Part shown: positions 9,359 to 18,440 of the stretch, in pieces | Layout of the letters: each line of letters starts with the position of its first letter | Position numbering within the stretch: the first letter of the stretch is position 1 | The notes under the pieces: generated by a model | Databases searched by the model: none | Seen by the model: only the letters and a program-made list of their open reading frames with translations | What the model was told of the DNA's origin: nothing | Position numbers and translations under genes: made by a program | NCBI GenBank assembly: GCA_029060025.1 | Contig: JAIDUV010000024.1 | Span: forward strand, 32,786-96,785 | Origin: Clostridia bacterium | Lineage (GTDB): Bacteria; Bacillota; Clostridia; Christensenellales; UBA3700 | Direction of reading: 5' to 3' | DNA: 64,000 nucleotides

Positions 9359-11182
9359 ATGAAAAGACAAGATTTGAGAAACATTGCAATCATTGCGCAC
9401 GTAGACCACGGCAAAACGACTATGGTCGACCAACTTCTCCGTCAAAACGGAGTATTCCGCACCAACGAGGCTGTTGTAGACAGAGTAATGGACAACGGAG
9501 ATATAGAAAGAGAACGCGGTATCACTATACTTGCCAAAAACACTGCCGTACACTATAAGGGCGTAAAGATCAACATTATCGACACCCCGGGTCACGCTGA
9601 CTTTGGCGGCGAAGTGGAACGTATACTATCAATGGTCGACGGCGTACTTTTGCTTGTAGACGCAGTCGAAGGCTGTATGCCACAGACGAGATACGTACTC
9701 AAAAAGGCTCTCGGGCTGAATAAAAAAGCCGTAGTAGTAATAAACAAAGTCGACAGAGGCGGAGATCCCAATCAAGTAATAGACCAACTTATAGATTTGT
9801 TTATAGAACTGGGCGCCAACGACGACCAACTTGACTTTGTCACTGTTATGGCAAGCGCAAAACAAGGCTGGGCTTCTCTCAAAGTGGGCGAAGTAGGCAA
9901 AGATATGACGCCTCTTCTCGACACGATAATCGAGCAAATACCCTGCCCCGAAGGGGATACGGAAGACGGATTGCAGACTATAATCTGCAATATAGACTAT
10001 GACGAATACGTAGGCAGAATTGGTATCGGCAGAATTGCAAGAGGTACGATAAAGAGCGGTCAACAAGCAATTATTTGCCACACTGACGGCACACACCATC
10101 AAGCAAAGATATCAAAACTTTATCAATTCGAAGGCTTGAGAAGAGTGGAGTGCGAAAGCGGTAGCGTGGGAGACATAGTCGCAATCAGCGGCGTGGACAA
10201 CCTCAACATCGGCGAGACGATTTGCGACCTCAACAAAATCGAGGCGCTGCCCTTCGTCAAGATCGACGAGCCTACTCTGTCAATGCTCTTTATGGTCAAC
10301 AACTCACCCTTTGCTGGCAAGGAAGGAAAATACGTCACGTCAAGACACTTGCGCGCAAGACTTTTTAAAGAAGTGGAAACCAACGTGTCAATGCGCGTGG
10401 AAGAGACAGATTCAGCAGACAGTTTTAAGGTCTTCGGCAGAGGCGAATTGCACTTGTCTATTCTCATTGAAACAATGCGAAGAGAGGGATATGAATTTGC
10501 CGTATCTCGCCCCAAGGTAATATACAAGACTATTGACGGTGTGCTATGCGAGCCTATGGAAGAACTCGTAGTAGACGTACCCGAAGAATACGTGGGCGCA
10601 GTGATGAACAAGATCGGCGCAAGAAAAGGTGACCTAAAGAATATGACGCCCGACGACAGAGGCGGAACAAAACTTGAGTTTGAAATCCCCTCCCGCTGTC
10701 TTATAGGATACCGCAGCGAAATGCTTACTGATACCAGAGGATTTGGCGTAATGCACCACGTGCTGAAAGGCTACGAGCCATATAAGGGCGAAGTACAAGA
10801 GCGCAATAGAGGCTCGCTAGTTGCTTGGGAAGACGGTGTGACGACGTCTTACGGACTTTTCAACGCGCAAGAGAGAGGCAATCTCTTTATCGGCGCAGGC
10901 GTCAACGTATACGAAGGTATGATAGTGGGAATCAACTCTCGCGAAGAAGATATGGTCGTCAACGTATGCAAGAAAAAACAACTCACCAACAACCGCGCAA
11001 GCGGAAGCGAAGAAGCGCTTAAACTCATTACGCCGACAATTATGTCACTTGAGCAGTGCCTTGAATTTATTGCCGACGACGAACTTGTCGAAGTGACGCC
11101 AAAGAGCATAAGGCTGCGCAAGACGATACTCTCCAAAGACTTGAGACTAAAGCACGAAGCAAAACTGAAAAAGAATATGTAA
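9359..11182 (+). CDS. typA: Translational GTPase TypA/BipA
   Basis: 607 aa. NIAIIAHVDHGKTT, DTPGHADFGGEVER and NKVD G-motifs, with full-length BipA-like domain order. Confidence 0.95.
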   Translation: MKRQDLRNIAIIAHVDHGKTTMVDQLLRQNGVFRTNEAVVDRVMDNGDIERERGITILAKNTAVHYKGVKINIIDTPGHADFGGEVERILSMVDGVLLLVDAVEGCMPQTRYVLKKALGLNKKAVVVINKVDRGGDPNQVIDQLIDLFIELGANDDQLDFVTVMASAKQGWASLKVGEVGKDMTPLLDTIIEQIPCPEGDTEDGLQTIICNIDYDEYVGRIGIGRIARGTIKSGQQAIICHTDGTHHQAKISKLYQFEGLRRVECESGSVGDIVAISGVDNLNIGETICDLNKIEALPFVKIDEPTLSMLFMVNNSPFAGKEGKYVTSRHLRARLFKEVETNVSMRVEETDSADSFKVFGRGELHLSILIETMRREGYEFAVSRPKVIYKTIDGVLCEPMEELVVDVPEEYVGAVMNKIGARKGDLKNMTPDDRGGTKLEFEIPSRCLIGYRSEMLTDTRGFGVMHHVLKGYEPYKGEVQERNRGSLVAWEDGVTTSYGLFNAQERGNLFIGAGVNVYEGMIVGINSREEDMVVNVCKKKQLTNNRASGSEEALKLITPTIMSLEQCLEFIADDELVEVTPKSIRLRKTILSKDLRLKHEAKLKKNM

Positions 11183-11321
11183 ATAAAACTGCAGAGATTT
11201 CTCCACGCCGCTACGCTTTGGTCGAAATGACATCAACCACGTCATTTCAAGCGTATTCGAGTGATAAATGCAGCAAAAATACGGATAGAGACCTCTCCAC
11301 TATGGTCAAGGTGACAATTTA

Positions 11322-11350
11322 AACAGCGGAAAATTCCTCCGCTGTTTTTT
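11322..11350 (+). terminator. Rho-independent terminator of typA
   Basis: aacagcgga / tccgctgtt stem followed by TTTTTT. Confidence 0.85.
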
Positions 11351-11492
11351 AATGAAATTTAAAATCGTGTAAAATCTACATCATTCGCGTAAAACCTAAT
11401 CTAAAACAATATTGAACGTCAATTAGCATATTGATATAATAAATACACAAGGTAGCCGATGGCGATACAGATAAAATAAGAAGGACAAAATT

Positions 11493-12371
11493 ATGGATAG
11501 AGTGAGAAAAGAAGACTTGGCAATATACAACGATAAAAGTAGCAACGTCGTGGCAATTAAAGGCGCTTTCGGCAGATTATATACGCTTACTTTAGAACTT
11601 GCGATAGGTGGAGTAGCAGTATTGCTGATTGCTGCCAACAATATTGCCAATCAATATATTGATAAGGGAGTCTGTGACAACTGGAGTCTTCTGATATTCT
11701 CTATCGTACTCATTGTCATAGCGGCTGCAATAACGATAGTAAGAATGATAATGTTAAGACAACCAAATATATATTTCATTGGCAATGATATGTATATAAA
11801 AGAAGATAAATGTTATTATCTCAAAGTTTCGGCGAACGAAATCGACGAGTATGGCTGGATGCCCTTCGTATTGCAAAACTATGCGGGCTTGGCAGCCGCC
11901 TCAATGCGTTACGCATCTTGCTCGCACTGGGGAAATTTGAACATTGTCATCAACGGCAAGACTTACAAGTTGAATTGTTCGTCTATGAAAAAAGCAAAGC
12001 ACTATATCGAAGGCTTTATGAACGGAGTATCCGTCGAAGAAAATAACTTTGACGGCGATCGTCTCAAAGCACTTAATATACGTATGCTTGTTGCGGCTTC
12101 AGTCGTAACCGCTATGATGTTTGCATTTTGCTTTCTTATGTTTGACAGCGCAAACAACGTAATTTCCACTATATCAGTAATATTGTTTGCCGGCTCAATC
12201 TTTGCAGGAATCATCCTTATGATAAGATTCTTTGTCAAATACAAAGACATAAGACGTATGGAACTGCAATATTATCAAGACTTCGTCGTAAATCAACCTG
12301 TCAAATTGAAAAAGTCTGACGAAAGCGACTACGGCGAAAATCAAGACTTTGGAGAATATGACAATTACTAA
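11493..12371 (+). CDS. Hypothetical multi-pass membrane protein with an acidic Tyr-rich tail
   Basis: 292-aa ORF with several hydrophobic helices and the C-terminus DESDYGENQDFGEYDNY. I recognise no family. Confidence 0.65.
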   Translation: MDRVRKEDLAIYNDKSSNVVAIKGAFGRLYTLTLELAIGGVAVLLIAANNIANQYIDKGVCDNWSLLIFSIVLIVIAAAITIVRMIMLRQPNIYFIGNDMYIKEDKCYYLKVSANEIDEYGWMPFVLQNYAGLAAASMRYASCSHWGNLNIVINGKTYKLNCSSMKKAKHYIEGFMNGVSVEENNFDGDRLKALNIRMLVAASVVTAMMFAFCFLMFDSANNVISTISVILFAGSIFAGIILMIRFFVKYKDIRRMELQYYQDFVVNQPVKLKKSDESDYGENQDFGEYDNY

Positions 12372-12408
12372 ATTAGCCTTTTTCTAATACATACAACCCC
12401 TAATGCAG

Positions 12409-12436
12409 AAGGTCGACCGCAAGGTCGGCCTTTTGT
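12409..12436. terminator. Bidirectional terminator between convergent genes
   Basis: aaggtcgacc / ggtcggcctt stem (one G-U pair) with flanking A and T runs. Confidence 0.7.
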
Positions 12437-12453
12437 ATGGTCGTATCAAAACG

Positions 12454-13491
12454 CTATAGCGCCATATTCTTGAACTTGCTTGACATCAAAGACACCAAAC
12501 GCCACTGTCTTTGCATATAGGCTTTTACTTCTCGTGAATTTTGTTGATACTCCGTCAACACGGTTTTGGGGTCTTTAAAATGTTCTGCCGTAGCCTTTGC
12601 GACGCAATACCCACTCTCCATACCGCAAGATATTCCCTCGCCCATTGGATTGAGAAATCCTGCGACCTCGCCGACAAACAAAACTCTTCCGACTCCGTAA
12701 TCAATATTGAAATCGGGACGTATGCGCGGCATAATCCACTTCTCTTCCTTGACCTTTTTGTCAATCTCCAAGCCGTGATTATCTTGCATATATCCTATAA
12801 AATTGTTGTTGTATTCTTTGATTTTGCTAATATCCCCTACGGCTACTCCCAATACCGGCATACCGTCCTTGACGTTAAACCAAGCGTCGTACTCAGAAAA
12901 TGCAGGTTGAAGATACGCATAGAAATAATGCGGATCAAGATTTATTTTGCCGTCATAAAAAGCCTGATAAGTAACTACGTAATCTTTTTTACAGTTGAGC
13001 AGACTGCGTTTGATTACGCCCATTGCGCCTTCGCAATCAATTAGATACTTTGCTCTCTTGACGCCTATATCTTTATCCGAAAGAGTGACTTCAACGTAAT
13101 TGTCAAAGTTTTTGCAGTCGATCACGCTTACGCCGTCGATTACTTCTGCTCCGTGCTCCTTTGCCTTGCTCAAAAGAAAATAATCAAACTCGCTTCGCCA
13201 CACGTTGAAGCCGCGCTGCTCAAACTTGTATTCTCTTCCCTCGTCGTTGACAAAAATCATTCCGTAATTGTCATACGGCGTACATTTTACGCTATCGGGA
13301 ATCTCAACGCCAAAGTACTCTTTAACAAGCCCTGCCGTCTTGGCTATTATCATACCCGAGCAAGATTTGTATCTCGGCAATTTGCATTTTTCAACTACCA
13401 AAACGCAATGCCCTTTCTCCGCCAAAATCTTTGCGCAAGTCGCGCCCGTAGGTCCTGCTCCGACAATTATTATATCGTAATCTATCTTCAT
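12454..13491 (-). CDS. NAD(P)/FAD-dependent oxidoreductase (geranylgeranyl-reductase-like)
   Basis: N-terminal YDIIIVGAGPTGATCAKILAEKGHCVLVVEK Rossmann fingerprint; 345 aa. Confidence 0.85.
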   Translation of the reverse strand: MKIDYDIIIVGAGPTGATCAKILAEKGHCVLVVEKCKLPRYKSCSGMIIAKTAGLVKEYFGVEIPDSVKCTPYDNYGMIFVNDEGREYKFEQRGFNVWRSEFDYFLLSKAKEHGAEVIDGVSVIDCKNFDNYVEVTLSDKDIGVKRAKYLIDCEGAMGVIKRSLLNCKKDYVVTYQAFYDGKINLDPHYFYAYLQPAFSEYDAWFNVKDGMPVLGVAVGDISKIKEYNNNFIGYMQDNHGLEIDKKVKEEKWIMPRIRPDFNIDYGVGRVLFVGEVAGFLNPMGEGISCGMESGYCVAKATAEHFKDPKTVLTEYQQNSREVKAYMQRQWRLVSLMSSKFKNMAL

Positions 13492-13588
13492 ATCTTTATC
13501 TTAACAAAAATGTAGAGCAAAAGCAACAATGGGATATTTACTTTTCTATATAAATATGATATAATTATTATAATGTTAATGGGGACTT

Positions 13589-15022
13589 ATGAAATATTTA
13601 ATTGACGAAAGATCTACGATACTATGGGAAGAAAGCAAGTATTATTTGCGTATACGCTCTTGCAACAAAGATAATCCTATAGTACTTTTTTTACACGGCG
13701 GCTGCGGAAGTCCCGACCGCGCGCAAGTAATGAAATTTCAGTCTCCGCTAGCACAAGATTTTACTCTCGTCTGCTGGGATCAACGCGGCACAGGATTGGC
13801 ATACGACAAACGCGAGGCTAAATCTTTGACATTGACAAAAGAACTCTACGTCGAAGATGCGCACAATGTCGTGCTTTATCTCAAAAAAAGATTTAACAAA
13901 ACCAAAATTATCATAGTTGGACATTCTTTCGGCTCTGTGCTAGGCGTATGGCTTGCGCAAAAATATCCCCAAGATATCGAGGCGTACGTAGGAGTAGGAC
14001 AATGCGTGGACTACATAAAAAATGAAGAACTTTCTTACGATTGGGCATACCGAGAGGCAAAGAGAATAAACGACAAAACATCAATCAAAATATTAAACGA
14101 GATTGGTTTTCCATTAGGCGGAAAATACTCAAAAGAACATCAAAAAAGTCTTATGAAACAACGCGCCGTTTTGCATAAATTAGGAGGCGCAACTTATGCA
14201 AATAGAAAACCTTATTGGCAAGAACTACTCTTCCACGAGGTTCCCATTATGCTAAAAGAATACAGCATTTTCGCGCTGATAAAATATATAAAAGGTCTGT
14301 CGTACTCTCCTAGCCAACCTTTGGCGCATAAAAATCCCGACTTTTTAAATACTGCTAAAGAATTACAAGTGCCTGTATATCTTTTGCTGGGACACCACGA
14401 TCAAAACTGTCCATACCAGTTGGCAGAAGAATGGTATAAACAACTCAACGCCCCAACTAAAAAACTCGTGTGGTTTGAAAATTCCGCACACTCTCCACAA
14501 TGGGAAGAATCACAAAAGTGGAACGATGAATTCAAGAATATATTTATTAAAGAACACAATATTTCCCTTGAAAGAGCAACCGTCAACGACGCAAAGAAAA
14601 TATGGGAAATGCAAGCAACTTCCTTTGCCAAACTTTTGGAAAAATATCAAGATTTTGACACAAATCCAGGCGCTGAAACGCTTGAAAGAGTTGAGGAAAA
14701 ATTAAATCAACCTTACACGTATTTTTATCTTATTAAATGTAACGGAGATACTATTGGAGCAATACGAATAAAAGATAAAAAACTGACGAATGCTCCCAAA
14801 AGCATTTCTCCTATTTTCATTTTACCTCAATACCGTAACTGCGGATATGCGCAATACGCAATTAAACAAGCCGAAGCGTTACACGGCGCAACAAATTGGG
14901 TAGTTGACACAATACTGCAAGAGCCTAATTTATGTCATTTTTATGAAAACTTGGGATATCGAAAAACCCCTAAACAAAAAACAATAAATTCAAACTTGAC
15001 GTTAATTTACTATATAAAATAG
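13589..15022 (+). CDS. Alpha/beta hydrolase (proline-iminopeptidase-like) fused to a C-terminal GNAT acetyltransferase domain
   Basis: HGGCGSP oxyanion region, GHSFGS nucleophile elbow and a late HSPQ His. The C-terminal ~150 aa carry the GNAT motif-A-like YRNCGYAQYAIKQAE. Confidence 0.8.
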   Translation: MKYLIDERSTILWEESKYYLRIRSCNKDNPIVLFLHGGCGSPDRAQVMKFQSPLAQDFTLVCWDQRGTGLAYDKREAKSLTLTKELYVEDAHNVVLYLKKRFNKTKIIIVGHSFGSVLGVWLAQKYPQDIEAYVGVGQCVDYIKNEELSYDWAYREAKRINDKTSIKILNEIGFPLGGKYSKEHQKSLMKQRAVLHKLGGATYANRKPYWQELLFHEVPIMLKEYSIFALIKYIKGLSYSPSQPLAHKNPDFLNTAKELQVPVYLLLGHHDQNCPYQLAEEWYKQLNAPTKKLVWFENSAHSPQWEESQKWNDEFKNIFIKEHNISLERATVNDAKKIWEMQATSFAKLLEKYQDFDTNPGAETLERVEEKLNQPYTYFYLIKCNGDTIGAIRIKDKKLTNAPKSISPIFILPQYRNCGYAQYAIKQAEALHGATNWVVDTILQEPNLCHFYENLGYRKTPKQKTINSNLTLIYYIK

Positions 15023-15074
15023 CGCGCTACCTAAAAGTAACGCGCTTTATATATCTATGATTGTTAAATTACAT

Positions 15075-17072
15075 TTATCTCTTATTGATAAATTCCATTA
15101 TCACGGCGACTGCGTTCTCTACGCCGATAGAACTGTCTACTGTCAAGTCGTAGTTGCTTGATTCGCCCCATTTACAACCTGTGATCAACTCATAGTATTT
15201 TGCTCTGCGCTTATCAGACTTAATTGCAAATTCTTCCGCTTTTTCCTTGCTGTCGCCATACTTGAGCATTATACGCTCTACGCGGTACTCCAAAGGCGCG
15301 TGGATAAAGATTCTAAGAGGATTATAATCTGCAAGTACTTTGTCTGCTGCTCTGCCTACAATCACACAACTGCCTTTATCTGCGATATTTTTCAATACCT
15401 TTTCTTGTGCTTGTCTTGCCTTATCCGTGGGATCAAGACCTATATATAGTGTCTCTATCTTTTGCATTTTCCCATCCTCAACGTCGCGAACGTATTCTTG
15501 AGATAAACCGCTTTCTTGCGCAGTGAGCAATGTCAAGTCTTTGTTATAATATGGTACCCCGAGTTTTTCTGCAAGCAACTTGCCTATTTCTCTGCCCGAC
15601 GCTCCGTGCTGTCTTGCCAAAGTAATTACTATACCCTGTCTGCTTTCTTTGATTTGCGCAGTGTCGACAACTTGCTCTGCCTCAATTGACGCTTTCTTTT
15701 TCATAACGACAAGCACGTGCAAAGTCAGTCCCAATGCAAGCGCAAAACCGACTATATCAGATATAGGAGCCGACCACAAAAGCGCTTGAATACCGCCGAC
15801 GTTTGCCAATATGATTGAAAGCGGTACGAGTAATATTACGTCTCTTGTCATAGAAATTAAAGTGGCTTTGATTGGAGAACCGATTGCCTGGAAGAATATT
15901 GCCAAATTCTTGACTACGCAAGTAAAGAGAATAAAGCCGAGATATATTCTAAACGTAAGACAAGTAAATTGCTTGTATGCTTCTTGATCTACGCCTTCAC
16001 CGCCGTTGCCGAATATGTAGATAAACACCTCGGGAAATGCCTCGAAAATGATTGTTGCTATGACGCCTACTATGACGGTGGCTATCATCATATAAAGCAA
16101 AGTCTTCTTGACACGGTCGTACTTCTTTGCGCCGTAATTGTATCCTATGACGGGTTGCGCGCCCGAAGCAATACCGATGGCAATTGATACGACGATACCA
16201 AAGACCTTGAATGCTACCGTTACGACGCCTTGTGTAATGGCGGTATCGTAACCGCTTCCTGCGCTGAACTTAAACAATAAAATATTGTTGACGATAGAAA
16301 TAATAACTATGGCAAGTTGGGTCAAAAGAGACGATATGCCAAACTTGAGAATATGTCCAATCTCCTTGGATGGAATAAAATCCGCAATCTTCAATTTGAA
16401 AGTCTTAGACTTAAACAGATACGCTACGTGCAATACGAAAGTAATCAACTGTCCAAGGAAAGTTGCCAATGCCGCGCCAGTCATACCCATATTAAGTCCA
16501 AAGATAAATAGCGGATCGAGCGCAATGTTGATTATTGCGCCTATTGCCATTGCAAGCATTGCAAATTTTGGACTGCCGTCGGCGCGAATAATTGGATTGA
16601 GCACGCAAGCCAACGTAAAGAACAAAAATCCGCCTATAATAAAGTTGGCGTACTCGCTCGACTTAGCCAATATATCACCTTGCGCACCTATAGCAATTAA
16701 GATTTTGTCTTTCAAGCAAAAGCATATTATCATAAGCACTACGCTTGCGGCAACGCCGTAAAATAGCGCGGTGCCGACGCTTCTTGCAGTGCCTTTGGTA
16801 TTGCCCTGACCTTGATTGAGACTCATACACGCCGCGCAACCGTCACCTATCCACAGACCTATGCCAAGCGCAACTATAGTGAGCGGGTATACTATACCGG
16901 TCGCAGCGTTACCCGCCGTACCCAACGTATTGCAGTGACCGATATAAATCTGGTCTACTAAGTTGTAAAGCGATTGAATAATCAAACTCAATACGCAAGG
17001 AATGGCAAACATCTTCATAAGTTTGCCGACTTTTTCCGTACCTAAAAAGTTGTTTTGGGCTGTTTCTTCCAT
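15075..17072 (-). CDS. MATE-family efflux transporter fused to a C-terminal cytidylate-kinase-like (Cytidylate_kin2-type) domain
   Basis: About 450 aa of 12-TM MATE-like sequence, then IVITLARQHGASGREIGKLLAEKLGVPYYNKDL...IVGRAAD...RIFIHAPLEYRVERI. Start trimmed to the ATG at 17072 (MEETAQNNFLG), which has GGAGG 8 nt upstream. The 42 extra N-terminal codons in the track cover the leader. Confidence 0.85.
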   Translation of the reverse strand: MEETAQNNFLGTEKVGKLMKMFAIPCVLSLIIQSLYNLVDQIYIGHCNTLGTAGNAATGIVYPLTIVALGIGLWIGDGCAACMSLNQGQGNTKGTARSVGTALFYGVAASVVLMIICFCLKDKILIAIGAQGDILAKSSEYANFIIGGFLFFTLACVLNPIIRADGSPKFAMLAMAIGAIINIALDPLFIFGLNMGMTGAALATFLGQLITFVLHVAYLFKSKTFKLKIADFIPSKEIGHILKFGISSLLTQLAIVIISIVNNILLFKFSAGSGYDTAITQGVVTVAFKVFGIVVSIAIGIASGAQPVIGYNYGAKKYDRVKKTLLYMMIATVIVGVIATIIFEAFPEVFIYIFGNGGEGVDQEAYKQFTCLTFRIYLGFILFTCVVKNLAIFFQAIGSPIKATLISMTRDVILLVPLSIILANVGGIQALLWSAPISDIVGFALALGLTLHVLVVMKKKASIEAEQVVDTAQIKESRQGIVITLARQHGASGREIGKLLAEKLGVPYYNKDLTLLTAQESGLSQEYVRDVEDGKMQKIETLYIGLDPTDKARQAQEKVLKNIADKGSCVIVGRAADKVLADYNPLRIFIHAPLEYRVERIMLKYGDSKEKAEEFAIKSDKRRAKYYELITGCKWGESSNYDLTVDSSIGVENAVAVIMEFINKR

Positions 17073-17080
17073 AATAAAAA

Positions 17081-17229
17081 CCTCCGATAAATTTATCGTC
17101 TTTGTCGGAGTAAAGAACGCGTGAAACCTGCGAAGAACATTATAAAAAGAGCGTAGAATCTGTCGAAATTCTACGCTCTTTTGGCTGTTCAACGCCAATT
17201 ATTTTACCAAATTTAAAAATTTTTGTCAA
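17081..17229 (-). promoter_or_regulatory. Leader of the MATE gene: consensus promoter, terminator-like hairpin and SD-sequestering hairpin
   Basis: Read on the minus strand: TTGACA (17229-17224), 17 nt, TAAAAT (17206-17201). Next comes the hairpin agagcgtagaat/attctacgctct plus a U-run (17146-17181). Then CUCCGA...UCGGAG (17081-17110) pairs across the GGAGG Shine-Dalgarno. Confidence 0.55.
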
Positions 17230-17238
17230 ACAAATTTT
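17146..17238 (-). repeat. Copy A of a ~93-bp promoter-plus-hairpin module
   Basis: About 91% identical (roughly 8 differences by eye) to 21877-21968. The match includes the -35/-10, the gttgaacagcc segment and the hairpin loop. Confidence 0.9.
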
Positions 17239-17258
17239 CCTTTTATCAAAAGGAAAAT

Positions 17259-18440
17259 TTATACTTTTACTGCTTTTCCGCCCGTCAAAACTATCATCTT
17301 TACGGCTTGAAGTGAAAAGTCGTCAGCCTCAACGGTAAGTCTCTTGTCAAGCGTTCCGCGAGCAAGCACTTTGATATAAGTAATTTTGGGAGAAAATCCC
17401 TTGATGCGCTTTTTTATTTCGCTTAGAGTGACTGTTTCGCCGTCTTGGAAATATTGCGACAGCGTATCTATATTTATTATACCAGTCTTGGTTTTGTCTG
17501 TTATTCCCTCTCCTCTTTCTATCAGCGCAACGGCAATTTCGTCTTGCAAAATATTGTCGACTTCTTGTGCACTTACGCTTTGGCGAGGCTTGAATTGCGT
17601 TCCTCTGCTTTCGTCTTCATTGGTGAGGACTTTGATAAGTTTTTTTGCAATAAGCGCGTCCGTAGTCTCGTATGGAAATTGCGGAGCGTAATCTATTGGT
17701 TGCAATTCTTCTTTTTGCTTGATGCCGTTCTCCTGCATAAGACGGGTTATCAACTCTTTGGCGTACTTGAGCCGTCTGTCATTCTTGATATGATAAAGAC
17801 AGGGCGTATCAACATACAAAGCAATATCTTCAATGCTCTCTACGTGATATTTTGTCTCTTCAAATTGCGATGGATCCAACGCCAAAACTATAGACAACGT
17901 TTTGCGTCGCATTCTCAACTTTGCAAGAGTTTTTCTGCCGCAACGGAAAGCCTCCCACTTCCAACTAATGCGGCTCTTGACTCCGTCAAAAGACAAAAGC
18001 CAATTCTTCAACTCGGAATAATATTCTTTGTTTTTGTCGTCGCTTTGTATAAGTTTTGCCTTAAAACTCTTGCTGTATTTGATGACTATATAACGCGTCT
18101 CGCCATTCTCGACTATCATTTGCAACTCGCCGAACTCTTCGTCATCGCCATCAATTGTTTCGGCCTCTTCAACTGCCGTCAGACTTTCGTCAACCTCTTG
18201 TTCCTGCGCAATTATATTAGGTGTTTCTTGCTTGTTCGACGGTTGACTTTCTTGATTTTCGTCGATATGGCCAATGCTTTCTTCGATGTCCGAACTAGCA
18301 TTGGCAGGAATTTCTTCTTCATTGTTTTTGGCGTCTTTTTTGCTCAAATATCTCTTTCTATTACTCAACAGCGTAATTATAATTACTATACCGAGTATGA
18401 TTGCAATTGCGAGCAATACTATAAACAATATCTTAAACAT
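17259..18440 (-). CDS. Single-pass membrane protein with an acidic linker, a conserved central domain and a C-terminal uL15-like domain
   Basis: 393 aa. N-terminal TM helix followed by NRKRYLSKK. Centre SKSFKAKLIQSDDKNKEYYSELKNWLLSF...GRKTLAKLRMRRKTLSIVLALDP. C-terminus IKVLARGTLDKRLTVEADDFSLQAVKMIVLTGGKAVKV resembles ribosomal uL15 C-termini. Confidence 0.8.
   Translation of the reverse strand: MFKILFIVLLAIAIILGIVIIITLLSNRKRYLSKKDAKNNEEEIPANASSDIEESIGHIDENQESQPSNKQETPNIIAQEQEVDESLTAVEEAETIDGDDEEFGELQMIVENGETRYIVIKYSKSFKAKLIQSDDKNKEYYSELKNWLLSFDGVKSRISWKWEAFRCGRKTLAKLRMRRKTLSIVLALDPSQFEETKYHVESIEDIALYVDTPCLYHIKNDRRLKYAKELITRLMQENGIKQKEELQPIDYAPQFPYETTDALIAKKLIKVLTNEDESRGTQFKPRQSVSAQEVDNILQDEIAVALIERGEGITDKTKTGIINIDTLSQYFQDGETVTLSEIKKRIKGFSPKITYIKVLARGTLDKRLTVEADDFSLQAVKMIVLTGGKAVKV

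Noticed and set aside
17072-17198. The 42-codon N-terminal extension of the MATE ORF in the track (start at 17198)
   Set aside because: The extension runs through the promoter and hairpin leader and has no SD. The ATG at 17072 has GGAGG 8 nt upstream and begins a typical MATE N-terminus.
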